Below are positions 1 through 25,296 of a stretch of DNA of 64,000 bases, one piece after another. The stretch lies in assembly GCA_963693365.1 (NCBI GenBank), contig CAVNZM010000017.1, forward strand, positions 1,837,989 through 1,901,988. The letters are read 5' to 3'. The stretch's first letter is position 1; each line of letters starts with the position of its first letter. Position numbers and translations under genes: made by a program. The notes beneath the pieces are model-generated. The model saw nothing but the letters and a program-made list of their open reading frames with translations, had not been told where the DNA came from and made no database searches. Origin of the DNA: Amoebidium appalachense (taxonomy: Eukaryota > Protista > Ichthyosporea).

Positions 1-2373
1 TTTTGTTTTTTCAGATTTCAGATCCCTAATTGATTTTGGCGGCTCAAAATTGTAGTATTTGGCCCCGATTTTGGGCCCCACTTTTTGCCCAATTAGAAGA
101 GAGAACGGTGAAATGCAACGACAGAGCGATCAACATGTACACACAGCGCACAGAAAAAGGTGCAATGATACGGCTGTGTACTCACCTCCACCCTCTCCCC
201 CCTCCCCCCCCTTCTTCTCTAACTCCCCCCCCTCACCGGCCCCTCCCCCCTCCCCCTCCCCCCCCGCGCCACGCGTTATCTTATTTGGGGGAGAATGTGT
301 TGTGCTGTTTATTGGCTTTGTCGGCACCAAGGCCAACAGTACATACTTCCACCCAACAAGTACAAATCGATGTTACACTTACATCATACAGATTTTGATG
401 TGGAGATATAACGTATCAGATCACGGCCCTGCCGTGATCAGGTAGACATCATAGGTGGAGATATAACATTTTTCTTTCTTGTTTTCGTTGAGTCAAGTAC
501 AAATTAGTCCGTATATTCTGAGACTGTATTACATTTATGTCCAGATAATCCATACACTTTTGGAACAGTAGAAACTCGCCAGAGTTAAGTATGAAATCAA
601 GCACGGTAAAATTCGGTAGGTCTTTCACTGTGTCATGTGTATGGGCCCGGTCCCTCCAGACTCGGATTCGGAGCCCCTACTCGGACTAATCCTACTTTTT
701 TTTAAGCTATGGTTTTATCCTATGACTATTTTCCACCTTGACTGAATGGTGCAAATTTCAAAGATAAGACAGTGGCCACTGGCTAATAGTAATATAGTAC
801 TTTAGCTGCATTTGATTGGCTGTGCTGGAAAACGCAGTAGGCCGTCAAGTTTGAAGTGAGGCGCTGGGCCCTGGCCAGACAGTGTCCGTAGCCATAAATA
901 TAGTGCGTAAACCACTGTACATATTTTTTATGCATTGCAGCATGCAAAAACGTAATTCTGAAGCCTTTGCACATTCCGTTCTTAAAAAATTCAACAGCTG
1001 GAGCGATCTGATTGGATACAAGGTTGATGTACAACTTCGTACTACTACTACTACTACTGTAAGCCCTACAGCACTACAAAGGCAACTTACAGCTTTACGC
1101 CCAATTATGCTTAGGACGTGATTGTTTTTAGCCGTTTTAGAAGGTTTTAAAACGGAAAAGGCGTGCAATAGCCATATAGTAGACAGGCCACGAACCCGGT
1201 CATATTCAGTGGTATGCCAGGACCTTTCAGGAATGTGACCCCACATAGTTTTGGTTATAAATGTTTCGTTTTCGAACAGTGACATTTTATAATTGGTGCA
1301 CGCACACAATCCTCCTACATATTAGTAAAATCCTACGCATATTATATTATTACCATTACTACTGAGATCTCGAGGCTTAAGCTGTGAATAACAATATATT
1401 GTGGGTTTTACGGGTTTTATGAAATTACATTCCATGTTGCACTTGCATAGTATACTAAAGGTATGGAGTGCCCTACGTATACTGCTTGGGTGTTGGGCAT
1501 CCCGGTGAAATCACAAACTTAATTAACTTATGCCATGATGTATGCTATTTATTTGTATATAAACGGGTACGTGTTTGCAGCATGCCGTGGTATGTGCGCA
1601 TGCATCGATGCTTCCAGGTACGATGATGATCACCCCAGCTGTGCATAAAAAAAAGGGTAACTAAAACTACTACAAATCGTGCCAACTGCATTCCTGACGG
1701 TTTTCTTGCATACATGTACAACTGAATAAACCAGCTTGTCAGCGCCTTTATATTTCCCAATCCTCCTACTAGTGACAGATCCAGAAACGAAAAGCTACTT
1801 GAAACTTGCTTGAAATGTAAGCATTTTTTTTTTTTCCCCTCCCCATGCATGCATGCATTTCCATTCATGATCATGACAAGCTCGCCGAGCTACCCGGGGG
1901 AGCGCTCCCCAATTGCAAGTTGAGTGGCTTTTTGGAGTCTTCCACCCTTTCTTGGCCTACAGCATAAAGGCAGTTTCTTTTCTTTCCTTCCTTCTTTCCA
2001 AATTCTTCTTCTTCGTCAATTCTTCAGCCTCTTCCTCTTCTTCTTCCTTCTTTGGGGGGAGGGGGGGGGAGGGGGGGGGGGGGGGGGCCGGTGGCACGGG
2101 GGGAGGGGGGGGGGGGGGGGGTTAAATTTAAATAGATCATGGCGAACTTGAATAAACCTATCATAAGAGGGGGTGTACACACTTTTTATTGCGTGGACAC
2201 TGCCGGAGGCCCAGAACGCGTATAAAAACCTTTCGGATAATACTACAGGCCATACTCAGTCTGTCAGTCTGACGACTACAAAAAATAGCTGGAAGCGAAA
2301 CAGGCTACAGTTGTAAACGTTACTAAGTGCTAACGGCGACGATGTCGCGGTCGGTGTGGGAGATATCGAGAAG

Positions 2374-2614
2374 ATGTGGTGCCGTGGCGTCGGTGTTGGC
2401 TCGCTGCTGCCTGTCTGGCTTGCGGTGTTGACTGTGTGTGCATTCACAAACCAGGCAGCCGCGCAGAAAGGTCAGTACTTAGTCTAGTACGTGTCGCAGT
2501 GTGTCAGTGAACTAGCTGATTATCTTATAAATCTCAATGACTCAAGATCTTTTGAATTAGGAGTATGTGCACGTGTGTCACAACCTGTGTGTGTACCGCG
2601 ACATGTGTGAGGTG

Positions 2615-2669
<55 letters not shown>

Positions 2670-2882
2670 ATGTGTGTGTGTGTGTGTGTAGTGTGTAGTG
2701 TGTGATTACTGTGTGTGTGTGCCAGTGTGCACGTGTATACACGTGTGTACAGCGTGTGTGTGTGTATATATGTGTATGCATATGTGCACGTGTGTGTGTG
2801 TGACTGTGTGTGTGCGTGCGTCTCTGTGTGTGTGTGCCAGGGAGCATGTGACACCGTGTACATACAGTTTGTGTGTTGAGTG

Positions 2883-2918
<36 letters not shown>

Positions 2919-4417
2919 TCAGTGTGTGCACATGTGTGAAATACGTGTGGCATGGGTGTTTGTCGTACTGGGCCTATGCTGTAAAATCGTTAACACTTGC
3001 GGTGGCAACGTGATGAGGGCTTCATGATGTACATTGCTCACTAATTAGTTTATTATCTAAACTTTTCAAAACTGTGAATTTCGATCCCATGGAGTCAAAA
3101 CCTCAGTACACAACATTGAAAGTTATTACGGCCAATGACCCACCCTATTAAGAAACATTCGGCTGGAGTTAATAAGTGTCAATCCATGATGGTTCCCCGC
3201 TGGAACATTTCATACAGACGGGGTATTCAGTATAATTCTCCTGCTCATCATATATGTATCATGAACGCAGCTTACCACACCGACGCCTTCTGCCTCTATT
3301 CGCCGGGCGTTCAGCAAACAGCCACGAGCCATGGCGGAATTTCAAATGCATGGGCTTGCATTGACAAGTGTCGCACGGCAACTTCTCCTTGTCGGTTTGC
3401 AACCTACTGGCCCAAAACTAAACTCTGTGTTGTGTCAAGCAACTGCGACAGCACCAGAACGTTCAAGGGCACCAACGTATATCAAGGTAGGCTGGCTGTG
3501 AAGTTCCTCTGAATTCACTGCACTTTAGTAGTATCCACATTGTTACGTTTTTGTGGGTGCTGAGGCCCTTGCGACGCTAGATTTTACTTGGGAAGAGGAA
3601 AGTTTTCAGCAAGGGTTTCCTTAGTGTCCCTGCTTTAACCTACCGAGTGTCACAACGTTAACGGTTGAATGACACTATTCATAGATCACGTTACTGACCA
3701 CGTTACAACAACGTTAACATAATAATGGTGTAATGTACTGTAGATGAGAGCTCAAGTTCTTAGGGTTAGATTTTTCACACTGCATGATGAGCAAGGTTTC
3801 GATGATGAATTCAGCACTTTACTGAGCTCGAGTAGCACTAATGCCAACCCTTCCGGCAGTCCAACAAGGGGAGTGGGGTGATTGGACCTTCCAGCCATGC
3901 ACCAAGACATGCGGCACTGGGGCTCGTGTAGGCACCCGCAAGTGCTTGGGAGAGTCCGGCAGCTGCCCGGGCAAAAGCACAACGGCCGAGGCCTGCAACA
4001 CATCCCCTTGCCGTAAGTCGCGACACTACGTGTGCCAATGATTGCCTCTCCCTATTGACTGTTAACGTTCAATTACTGTTCACTAAGTTACTGCCAACCT
4101 CGGGCAATAAGGACTTGGCCTTAATCTTTTTCTTTCGCTCTTGGCAACGCTAGTGCTCGAAGAGGTTTTTAACTCTTCCAGTGGCCGCGGCCTGCGGCTT
4201 AGTACGATCAGTCTGAGTGAGTTGTTCTGTATCATTAATCTCGATTCAGCTTGCAGTAAGTTAAAAGCACTGAGACGTCTAAATCCCCCCACTGAGACGT
4301 CTAAATCCCCCCTCCCCCTCCCCTGTTGTCCCAACCAAAACTACACAGCACAGACACACATACAAACACACATGCACACACACGCGCGCACACACACACA
4401 CACAAACACACACACAT

Positions 4418-4489
<72 letters not shown>

Positions 4490-4510
4490 CCAACACACCG
4501 TCACACACAA

Positions 4511-4604
<94 letters not shown>

Positions 4605-6012
4605 TCCCTTAAGCTCGAATGGGAACAGCTATTTTTAAATTTTAGATAGTGTTTGGTTTCATTAGAACGTTAACGTTTTCGAAATCTTTGCAGCCAAGGC
4701 ACCGTCATGGAGTGCCTGGTCCTTCACGACCTGCAGCCTCACGTGCGGGGGTGGTGTACGAACAGGCACACGCACGTGCACAAAGGCTGGAATGTGTCCT
4801 GGGACCAGCACGAAGACAGAGAACTGCAATACAGCCTCCTGCCCTAGTAAGTCATCTATCGTTCTTAATAGTTGAGCGTGCCACACTCTCATAACATTTC
4901 CACCCTAAAGAGCGCTCCGAGATTTTTCTACGCTTAGTAACTTACATAGTGGAGATATCGATTGCTTGAAGTTGCCATTGGGTCGGACTCTTAGAATAGA
5001 GCTTGTCTTGCAGCAGATATTTTCACATCTTCGAATCCTTTCTGGCACCATGGTACTACATAGTGGTAACTTGAATCCCTAAATCACCGTGAGCCACTTC
5101 AATTGCACGTGTACAGTACACCATCTTGTCATCTTTCTTAGTCCCATTCAAAGGCTCAAACAGTGAATGCATATGCATATTGTGACGATCATACAACACC
5201 ACAACATGACCACTTATCTGTTTGGCACAAACAGCATGGACTAGCTGGGCCTTTACATCCTGCAGTGCAACGTGTGGAGGCGGTGTCCGCACAGGGACAC
5301 GCACCTGTACGGGGGGTCCGACTGGAGGCTGTGTGGGAAGCAGCACTACGACAGAGAACTGCAACACAGATGATTGCCCTGGTGAGTGAACGGTTTTTTC
5401 AAAGTCTACAGTCTTTCAAAAACCATCCTCTTTCTTCCGGACATATTGTCCATCTTTTGGGTGGGTGCCATTGTATGGGCTGAGGCAAACTACTGTATGT
5501 CTTGCCTCCCCGAGTCACTAGGTTGGTTTTGGCGTCGGATTCCCATGTTTCCACCAGTCTGAACAGGTTCTTTCAACCGCAAATCTTAGCATGCATATGT
5601 GACTCAGTTAGCCTAGCACCCTCATATACTACCCTGCTAAAAGTATTCGTAGAATGAATTCTGAAAAACACGACAACCTAAGTGACTCCGCTGTTTCATA
5701 AGTCAGCTGTAGCATCAACTTTCCAGGTTTCAATACTCTTAGGTAATAGAACGAGCTCGAGTTGCTAGGACCCACCCGGTTACCCTCAGGATTCATCACT
5801 CACACACAGACCCCACCACCCCATCGTCCCAGGAAACTGCCCGACCTACGGCAAATTTGAGGACTGGAGCGATTGGTCGCCCTGCTGTTCCGGGTTCCGG
5901 GGGAGAGTTCGTAAATGCAGTGTCAACTATGTGAGGACTGGCTTCACAACACCTGACACATCCAAGTATCATGAGACCAATGCATGCACCTCACTCGGAA
6001 CAGAGAAGTGTG
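2374..6012 (+). CDS. Secreted PAN/Apple-like plus thrombospondin type-1 repeat protein, well-supported exons 1-6 (3' end unresolved)
   Basis: Exons 2374-2470 (signal-peptide-like MWCRGVGVGSLLPVWLAVLTVCAFTNQAAAQK), 3271-3486 (PAN-like CIDKC..CRFATYW..C), 3860-4012, 4694-4846, 5235-5381 and 5833-6012. The last four each encode one TSP1 repeat, e.g. WGDWTFQPCTKTCGTGARVGTRKC and WSAWSFTTCSLTCGGGVRTGTRTC. All introns are GT-AG and phase 1. Confidence 0.88.
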
Positions 6013-6246
6013 GTAAGCACCTATTCATTTTTACGGAGTCCAGCATTTGCATGGCACTGTGACAGAAGTTTTAACCCCGATAGAAAAAAAAATTTTTTTT
6101 AAAGTTTTATAAAAACTTTCTTCAAAGTTTTTGGTGCGCAAAAGCTTCATATTCAGTATTATATGGCTTTACGTGTGGCCGGGATGAACGGAACAACTCA
6201 TCCGCCTCTCCCTCCCCCCCCCCCCCCCCCCCCACCCGCCCTCCAA

Positions 6247-6345
<99 letters not shown>

Positions 6346-6954
6346 GACCACATTCACGGCCCGTCATCGACGTTACCTTATCCATTCATGTCCACATATA
6401 GCGCATCCGAACCGATTGGCAAAATTTTCCGGAACATATATACAACGACTAGTTATGAACAGTCGCAAGTTTTTTTTTCATCGTTTTCACGTATACACTG
6501 AGGAAGAAATTTATAACAATTAAAATGTAACGGATAGTCCATCTTTGACCACATTAACAACAACACTCACATCTTGAACCAACCACCGCTTCTCCCATTC
6601 AAGCGCAGGGCGATAGCCATATATAAATTCATATACCTCTCACCAACCACAAAACGTGAGCACATTCATAATGTCTGTGGCAGGCTGCCGAGATTGATGA
6701 TGTCGTACATACAATTTTTTTCGCGGCTTTTTCAGGCTGAATGCCAAACCGGCTGCATGGCCATTGTTAACAACTTGATGAAGACATCAATGTGGCTCAC
6801 CGCCCAGCCGCTAAAATATAAAGGATAGGCGGTGATCGGTTGCAGTTAACACCGCCAAACACAAAGCTCTAAACTGTCTTCTCAGGGTCGTCTGAATGAG
6901 TCTGGTTTTCGAAGCAGGTACATACTCATGATCATACTATATCATCCTCTTCAG

Positions 6955-9846
<2,892 letters not shown>

Positions 9847-12188
9847 GTAGGATATCCCCCCCCCCCCCCCCCCCCCCCCCAAATACACACACACGCACTT
9901 CGACCCCAAGATGTCTAGAAATCAGTGCCGGTGCACATGTACATGCTCGATAGTCAACGGTACAGACTTCGCAATACTTTGACTGTGTTGCCCCTTCTTC
10001 ATATTTCAAACTGCTCACCGACAAACAGGGCACACCGGTCAAAATTACACTGGAATATATGGCTTTTGTTTTTAGGTGCAAAACAGCATCAAACATATAA
10101 AAGAGTTAGGTTACTGAATGATCTGAATGTCGCTCTGATGGAGTTAACTCGATAATTTCATCCCGTTGATAAAACTTAGTCTATGCATCATGATGTGTCG
10201 GCCTTTCTCGGCTAAGCTAGATCCGATGGCATTTTAGGAAAGGCCGAATATGGTAAAAAAATACGTCACGACTATGCCACGATCGAGAAATGTCGACATG
10301 GTCGTTAAGCGTGATGTATGCACACATTTTACCATGAGGCAGGGAACCCTGTTGACTGAGTCACATGCGGTACTTTGAAGCTTCATCACAAAAATCGATA
10401 TATATCGGGTTTAAAACTAACACTACGCAAACCCTTCTCAATCTTGCAGTCTCCAAATTTACACCATTGACACGCCAACATTCTACAACAAGACGGCCGT
10501 ATCTGCTGCATGTCCGCAGGTAAATAAAATAATCAACTGGGGAACATTCATATGCTAAGGAATACACCCCACAGCATGCATTAAATCATTTCTCCCCTCG
10601 GCAACCTGACAAGTTTTGTATACTATAACAACGGACTCGGAGCCAAGGTCACAAACACAATCATTTAGCTAATAGGGCTTTGGGCTGGGTCCCAACTGTT
10701 ACACCCAAGTAGAAAATAGTGCAACCCAATGGCACCGTTATTCGGCCTGCCATTTTTATGGATTTATTTGCTTTAGCTTTCTATTTTTTAATGATTAAAA
10801 CCCCGCACACCATTGCTAGAAAAAACAGTATTAAAAATCTTGGCTGGTACTAGATTGTTGAGTAGAAGCTGGTTTCCTACATAGCACAATAGAGTTGACG
10901 TCTAGTAGAGACAAAGCCAAGCATGTCCTTTAGCTAAGGCTTCGATGTATCATATAAGTTCATAACTTTTAGTATTAGCTACATTGTGACTTCATATCAC
11001 AAAATAACTACTTAGCGCACTAGACTTAAGCTTTCTTTGATCTTTGAATAACCATCATCACCGTGGATGGCTTGCCACTCACACAATGGACGCTCGATTC
11101 GAGATCAGAAGAAATAAATATTATGATTTTGTCGATCAAAAAAAGCAGTGACTCCCATCCCCTTCTTTCCCTCAGGGTCTCTCTCTCTCACTCCTCTTCT
11201 ATCCCGTGGCACCCCTTCTCCCTCCCCCCCCCCCCCCCCCCCCCCCCCCCGGCCCCCAACCCTGTCTGACAAATTTCTGCACATGGCGCGAAAAATTTTG
11301 CACTTGGTCGTCTCCCTAGACGGTGTAGAAAAAAAGCCACCTAACCTTGTTCGAATGGAGTTCTGCCAACTGTTCTGGTTTCCTAAACACTTACTAAGCC
11401 TGTTTAGGCGGATATGTGATTCTCTGTAGGATTTCAACTCTATGCTAAATCTCGTCACTCACTCGACTCCAGCCAACTCGCATGAATGCTTCCCCCTCCC
11501 CCCTCCCCCCCTCCCCCCCCCCCTCCTCCCCCCCCCCCCTCCCCCCCCGCCCACTCTTCCCGGGCCCCCCGGTTTACTCCGAATTCGAACAGGAGGTTTA
11601 GAGGGATGTAAAAAGTTGACCTTCTTTGGCTATCCAAAACATGTACAACCCCATAAAAACAACTAAAAAAAACGTGTTATTCATTATTATGACAGAACAA
11701 ATGAGCACGAAATGCCCAGTGAAAACCCTATAGCTATTGGCACAGTTATATACTATCTCCAGTGCAAAGGCTTCCCCGCGCAGTTTTTTCCTGCAACCTC
11801 CCCCCCCCCTCCCCCCCCCCCCCCCCCCTCCACCCCCAAACCCTCCAACCACTCATCCCCCCTTTCACCCTCTTCAAATTCTCGCTCGCACGCATCCCCA
11901 ACCTCTGATGTCTTATCGGTTTCCTAATTAATCTCTCTCTTTCTCCGACGGCCCGGGTGTCAATGTCCGAATCCCATGGCTTCCTTGCTTCCTTGCTCGC
12001 CCTACGTCGAGCTCCATTTCACTTACTGAGATGTACTAAACCCCCAATATTTGCCATGGAGGACCCGCCTCCACACGAATCAAACTGTTCCGGGTGTGTG
12101 GCTGTGTGGCGAAATTGGTGATGTTGGTGGTGGTGGTGGAGGGAGGGGGCCGGGGCACGATGTGTGCGTGCTCATGCATGCGCATGCG

Positions 12189-12224
<36 letters not shown>

Positions 12225-12291
12225 GTGTGTGTGTGCGTGTGTGTGATACACAACACTATGTCGGTCGGTGTCTCTTGTGACAAACATGCGC

Positions 12292-12346
<55 letters not shown>

Positions 12347-12427
12347 TGTGTGTGCGTGTTCGTGTGCGTGCGTGTGTGTCTGTGTGCGCACGCGCATTCT
12401 GTCGCCGAGGACCGGGAGGGGGAAGTG

Positions 12428-12464
<37 letters not shown>

Positions 12465-13426
12465 CTCTCTTAAGGAAGGCCCAAATCCCGGGGTCGTGCC
12501 CTCTCTATCTCTCCATTAATATTCTTCCCTTCTTTTGTTTTTTTCCAACAACGATTGCCCCCCCCCTCCCCCCCCCCCCCCCCCCCCCCGCCAACACCCC
12601 CTCCCCCTCCTCTCCCCAAACACGCACCCACACCCACTAGTACTCCATGCACACACTGGAGCTGAGCTCACTAGGTACACACACACATACAGACAAGCGC
12701 AACCAGCACCACCACACCACGTGGCATGTAAGACACCACTCAAAGCCCAGGTTAATGTCGATTCACGAGAGCATACTCCTACCAGCCTACAAGTATATCG
12801 TGTGACTTTAAACACACCACATCAAGGTCAGGGGTTTAAATCTATCAAGGCTTAGTATGATCTTGTAGAAATCCTACGGGCTTGCCATATGTATATCTTC
12901 GGTTCCTGGGCTGATACCACCCACATCGGCGGTGCTACTACATTTTTTGATACTACTCTAGCAAAGATGCTCTATAAACAATAGCCTGGAACCCTTGCGG
13001 ATAAATACAATTATTGTGGCACGCACATGCTATAGTGTCCCCCTTCTCCTCCCCTCCCCCCCCCCCCCCCCCCCCCCCCGCCTTCCTCCCCGAAAACATC
13101 ATGAACACCCAACCAAAAACCTGGTCCCCCGGGGGGGGGGGGGGGGGGGGGGGGGGGCTGGCCATATATTTTCATGAGCTATTCAGACCAATGATGATCA
13201 ATGCCGCAATAGGTCGAGTGTAGATTTATGATGCTACAAGGTGTGAGTGTTGGTGTGTGTGCACGCAGTCACTCGTACGTCGTGCATGTGTGCATTACGG
13301 TTTACGTTGCCCATACAGTAGTTGTTTACATAATTATTAGAGACGGGATGTATATGTTCCACGGTGTGTGCGTGTGTGTGTGTGTGTGGGGATGTGTATA
13401 TGCCACGGTGTGTCACACAGTGTCAC

Positions 13427-13489
<63 letters not shown>

Positions 13490-14021
13490 CACTGTGTGTG
13501 TGTGTCAAAACCCTTTCCCCCCCCCCCCCCCCCCCCCCGCCCCCCCTGCATGAGGTCTTCTAAATTCCTCACAGAGAAATTTGCTGAATTCGACATCAGA
13601 AATTGGCCCAAATCACGTTAGCCTACGGAACCATATAAACAACTTGCAATTGTGGTACATCACAAATATCTAAACGGGCAGGGGGGGGGGGGGGGAAGAA
13701 AAAAAAGAAAGAAAGAAAGAAAGAAAGAAAAAAGAGGGAGGGAGACTTACCCTTCAATCAACATCTTTTTTGTGCCATCATATCATACCATACAAACCGA
13801 GAATTGGAGAACGAAAAACCCGAAGATAAGCCGTTAAATCGGTGTGGCTTTGAAAAAGTATGTACATGACACTAGGATGCCATTGGCACACAGCATGCAA
13901 CTGGAATAATTGACGTATTCACGTGTGCAGTAACACAGGTAAAATTGCCCAACTACAAATTCCACCTTGCCACGTAAATAGCCATATAAGGTTATCTGAC
14001 ACCACAAACAGCCTTATAAGG

Positions 14022-14093
14022 CTAATGGTTGGCGGTCTTATTCTGCATCGTGTGGACTGCCGGCACCTTCATGGCTTTGCCGTACTCAACTAG
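14022..14093 (-). CDS. Second intact copy of the carrier's last coding exon (possible alternative last exon)
   Basis: Acceptor tttttggcag, then LVEYGKAMKVPAVHTMQNKTANH-TAG, in the same phase as the exon at 15294-15223. Confidence 0.5.
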   Translation of the reverse strand, partial: LVEYGKAMKVPAVHTMQNKTANH

Positions 14094-14161
14094 CTGCCAA
14101 AAACATCCACAAGCTAGCACCACGCATTTATCCCCCCCCCCCCCCCCCCCCCCCCCTTTTT

Positions 14162-14192
<31 letters not shown>

Positions 14193-14418
14193 GGGGGGGA
14201 GGGGGAGGGGGAGGCACGGGCATATGTGTCCGAATAACTGTGGGTTCCTTGATCGATGCATGATAATGACACGGAGCTTGCATGGATTTCAAGTGTAGAT
14301 TTGGTATGTGTCGTGTGTGTGCCGTCCGCTGCGTTGACAAATTGAATGTGCATGTGAAAATACCCGTGATCACGAGATGTCGGCGGTATACATAATTGGG
14401 CCCAGCGCAGGCAGGCAC

Positions 14419-14456
<38 letters not shown>

Positions 14457-15222
14457 TCACAGTATGTGTAGTACGCCTAAATGCACAGCTGCAGACACCC
14501 TACACAGTCCACAATGAAGGTTTCTTTCAAAGGCCGTGATCGGGGGCTATGTGTGTGTGTTCACGTGTACACGCGTGTCTGTGTGTGTGTGTACACATGT
14601 ACGCCTACATGCACAGACACGGGCACCTCATTGACGGTCCGTTAAGGTTTTATTGTATTTCAAATACACCAGCAACCAAGAACCAGATTTTATTTTTTAT
14701 TTTTTTTTGCCCGGTCAAATATTGTACTGCCGGCCACTGCAGCTCATATCACTTAAGAGCTTAGGAGGGGGAGGGAGGGAAGGATGGGGGGGGGGGGGGG
14801 GGGGGGGGGGGAATCTTCGTATGAGGCCCTCGGGTTTTCTCACAGAGAAAGCTAAATTTGACAACAGAGATGAACAATTAAAACAACTTACAGATCAACC
14901 ACTGATTTCTAAATGGGTGCACAAAAAGGAGAGAAAGAAAGAGGGAAAAAAGAGGGGGGGAAATACCTACAACAACACCCTTTTTGTGCTTTCATATCAT
15001 ACCAAATAAACCGAAAAACGAAAGAAACAATCAAGAAAATATATGAATGGGTGAGGATTTGAAAAGTGTATGTACATCCACTAGAATGGCACACTGCTTG
15101 CAACTGAAATCATTGCCGTATTCAAGTGTGCATTAGCACAGGCAAATTTGCCAATACAAACTCCACCTTGCAATTTGAATAGCCACAAAAGGCTATCTGA
15201 CACAGCAAATAGCCTTATAAGG

Positions 15223-23190
<7,968 letters not shown>

Positions 23191-24332
23191 ATTTGCTTTC
23201 GTTTTTTTTTTTTGGACTCGGCTGTGATCTAGCTAAATATTACCTCGTAGTCATACAATTAACTTGAATGAAGTGGGGTTTGGTTTGGAAAAGCAGTCGA
23301 GAGAGAGTCGTCTTTGAATTGCTTCACTTTGTGTATGCTAGGAATATACCCGCATGTATCGAGCAAAGAAAGCTGTCAAGTTCTCAGTGCAACGGCTAGC
23401 AGAAAGCTAATATTATAATTATTAGATCCCTGACGCTCAGGTAGGAACGTTTCAGGCAATTATGTTATATATCAAAGGCTATTTACGTTATGAAAAAGTG
23501 AACGGATTCGGGTCGAAGTAGCGGTTTCAACTTGGGCATGCACACACAACAGCTGTGTCTGTAGTCTAAATACGCATCCCTTCCGAATGGCTTTGGAAAG
23601 TGCGTAACGCTCTCCAGGCTCCACATTGACTCAAATGACGTCATTGCGAATGCAGACTAGTGTGTGAGCCACTGCGAGAACATATCCTTGGCATGATTGG
23701 CTCGAACTGAACCATTTTGTCATATGAAGGAAAAAGCTGTGTGTGACATATGGACGTTTTGATTCGCTACAGCTTAAAAATAAGCATATCTTAACGATGA
23801 TTGGTGATATTCAACTTATGTGTTACACGATTGAGGCTCGATTTCTAGTTTTCATTTCGGTAACATATAGCCCTGACTTCAGGTCATGAGAGCTTTATAT
23901 TTATTATAACAATATTACAGAAAATCTACTATTTTTCTTCAGCCAACCAACGCCGTGGCATGCTGTTATTTTCACGTCATGCAAATCGCGACCAGCCGGC
24001 ACACCGGTACCGCGGCGTCACACGGCCGCGGCGGACGTCGACGTCGAGTTGACTCCTCGGGGGAAAGGCGGAAAAAGAACTGAGTGGCCAAAAGAGAGTC
24101 TACCAAAGTGGTACGGAATACACAAAAGTAATATGTGTAGAGGTTCTGGCATGTGGAAACTACGGGAACAAAGAGCGTTATGGTCGTCCTCAAACGGCCC
24201 ATGATCAGAACAGTATGTGATGTGCGAGTCGTGTGCACGTGCATGTGCTGGCGAGTCGTGCCCATTCTATGCATGCCCTTTCCAAACAACCTGCCCCACC
24301 TTGTCCCCCCCCCCCCCCCCCCTCCCCCCCCC

Positions 24333-24363
<31 letters not shown>

Positions 24364-25101
24364 ACAATACTTCTAACAAGCACACAAGCTTTCATTTACC
24401 CTCATAGGCTCCAGGACCGGAACATGCATACGTGCTCAGTAATTTAAAGCTGGCTGCGCATCATATGTGCATGCATATGTATCGTACCGAAGGAAGAGGC
24501 CAGCAGACCTAAGAGCGCGTCCGCAGCATAGAAACACGCCCGCCAATAGCATAAGTTGACGTGCATCTTTGTCCGTGCACACGACGTTGTACGGACAGGA
24601 GAGATGCAAACAGTGCTGTACAGCAGCCTGACATATATATATTGGGCGTATAAAACCTGCTATACCTATAGCCTTGGGTGGGCGTCCATGACAGGGTTTT
24701 TAACCTGCAGCTGGGCATATAGACTATTTAAAGGCGAAAAGCCCCCGCGGGGGGGTGGGGGGGGGGGGGGGGGGGGGGGGAGATGGGCCCAGGCGAAGCT
24801 GGGGGAAGGGTGAGGCTAAAAGTGATCCTTATGTTGTTACGACCATACGGTCACAACGCAACACACGACATTAAAGATTTAACTTCGGAGTTTCTGAGGC
24901 TTTTCATGTGTTTGCGCGCAACATCTTGAGTAACACTCAATGAGAGAAACAATAGGGCAGCCATATTCAGCCATTAGGGCGCTGTTTTTGGCTGTCTGCT
25001 GCAGTTCCGGTTCGCCGGCCGGCTCAGGATCCGGCCCGATATTCTTGTCGCAGTGGGTCGCATAGTGTTGCAGCCTGTCGCAGTAGATTCCTTGTTAACA
25101 A

Positions 25102-25154
25102 CCAATCAAATAGCTGCAGTTACAAATTAGGCAGGCCGCGAGAAATCAAATTGG
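25102..25154. promoter_or_regulatory. Two CCAAT boxes (CCAAT at 25102, ATTGG at 25150) upstream of Cdc20
   Basis: The motifs are seen directly about 145-195 bp upstream of the ATG. NF-Y boxes are common in G2/M gene promoters; function here is inferred only. Confidence 0.3.
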
Positions 25155-25184
25155 CTGGTGCAGAGAAAATACTGGTCAGAACCC

Positions 25185-25286
25185 AAACGTTTATCACCCA
25201 CGTCTATTCTTTACGAAATAACGTGAAAACAAAAAACGTTTATCACCCACGTCTATTCTTTACGAAATAACGTGAAAACAAAAAAC
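25185..25286. repeat. Perfect 49-bp tandem duplication just upstream of the Cdc20 ATG
   Basis: AAACGTTTATCACCCACGTCTATTCTTTACGAAATAACGTGAAAACAAA occurs at 25185 and 25234. Confidence 0.95.
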
Positions 25287-25296
25287 ATCGAAAAAA

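Noticed and set aside
3784-3824. Possible intronic C/D snoRNA (ATGATGA...CTGA)
   Set aside because: Only about 40 nt separate the boxes, there is no terminal stem, and no rRNA guide is recognisable.
10600-11450. Possible DNA-transposon or MITE remnants (also about 1-100, 31360-31560 and 45830-46130)
   Set aside because: The composition is distinct, but no terminal inverted repeats, TSDs or second copies were found in the window.
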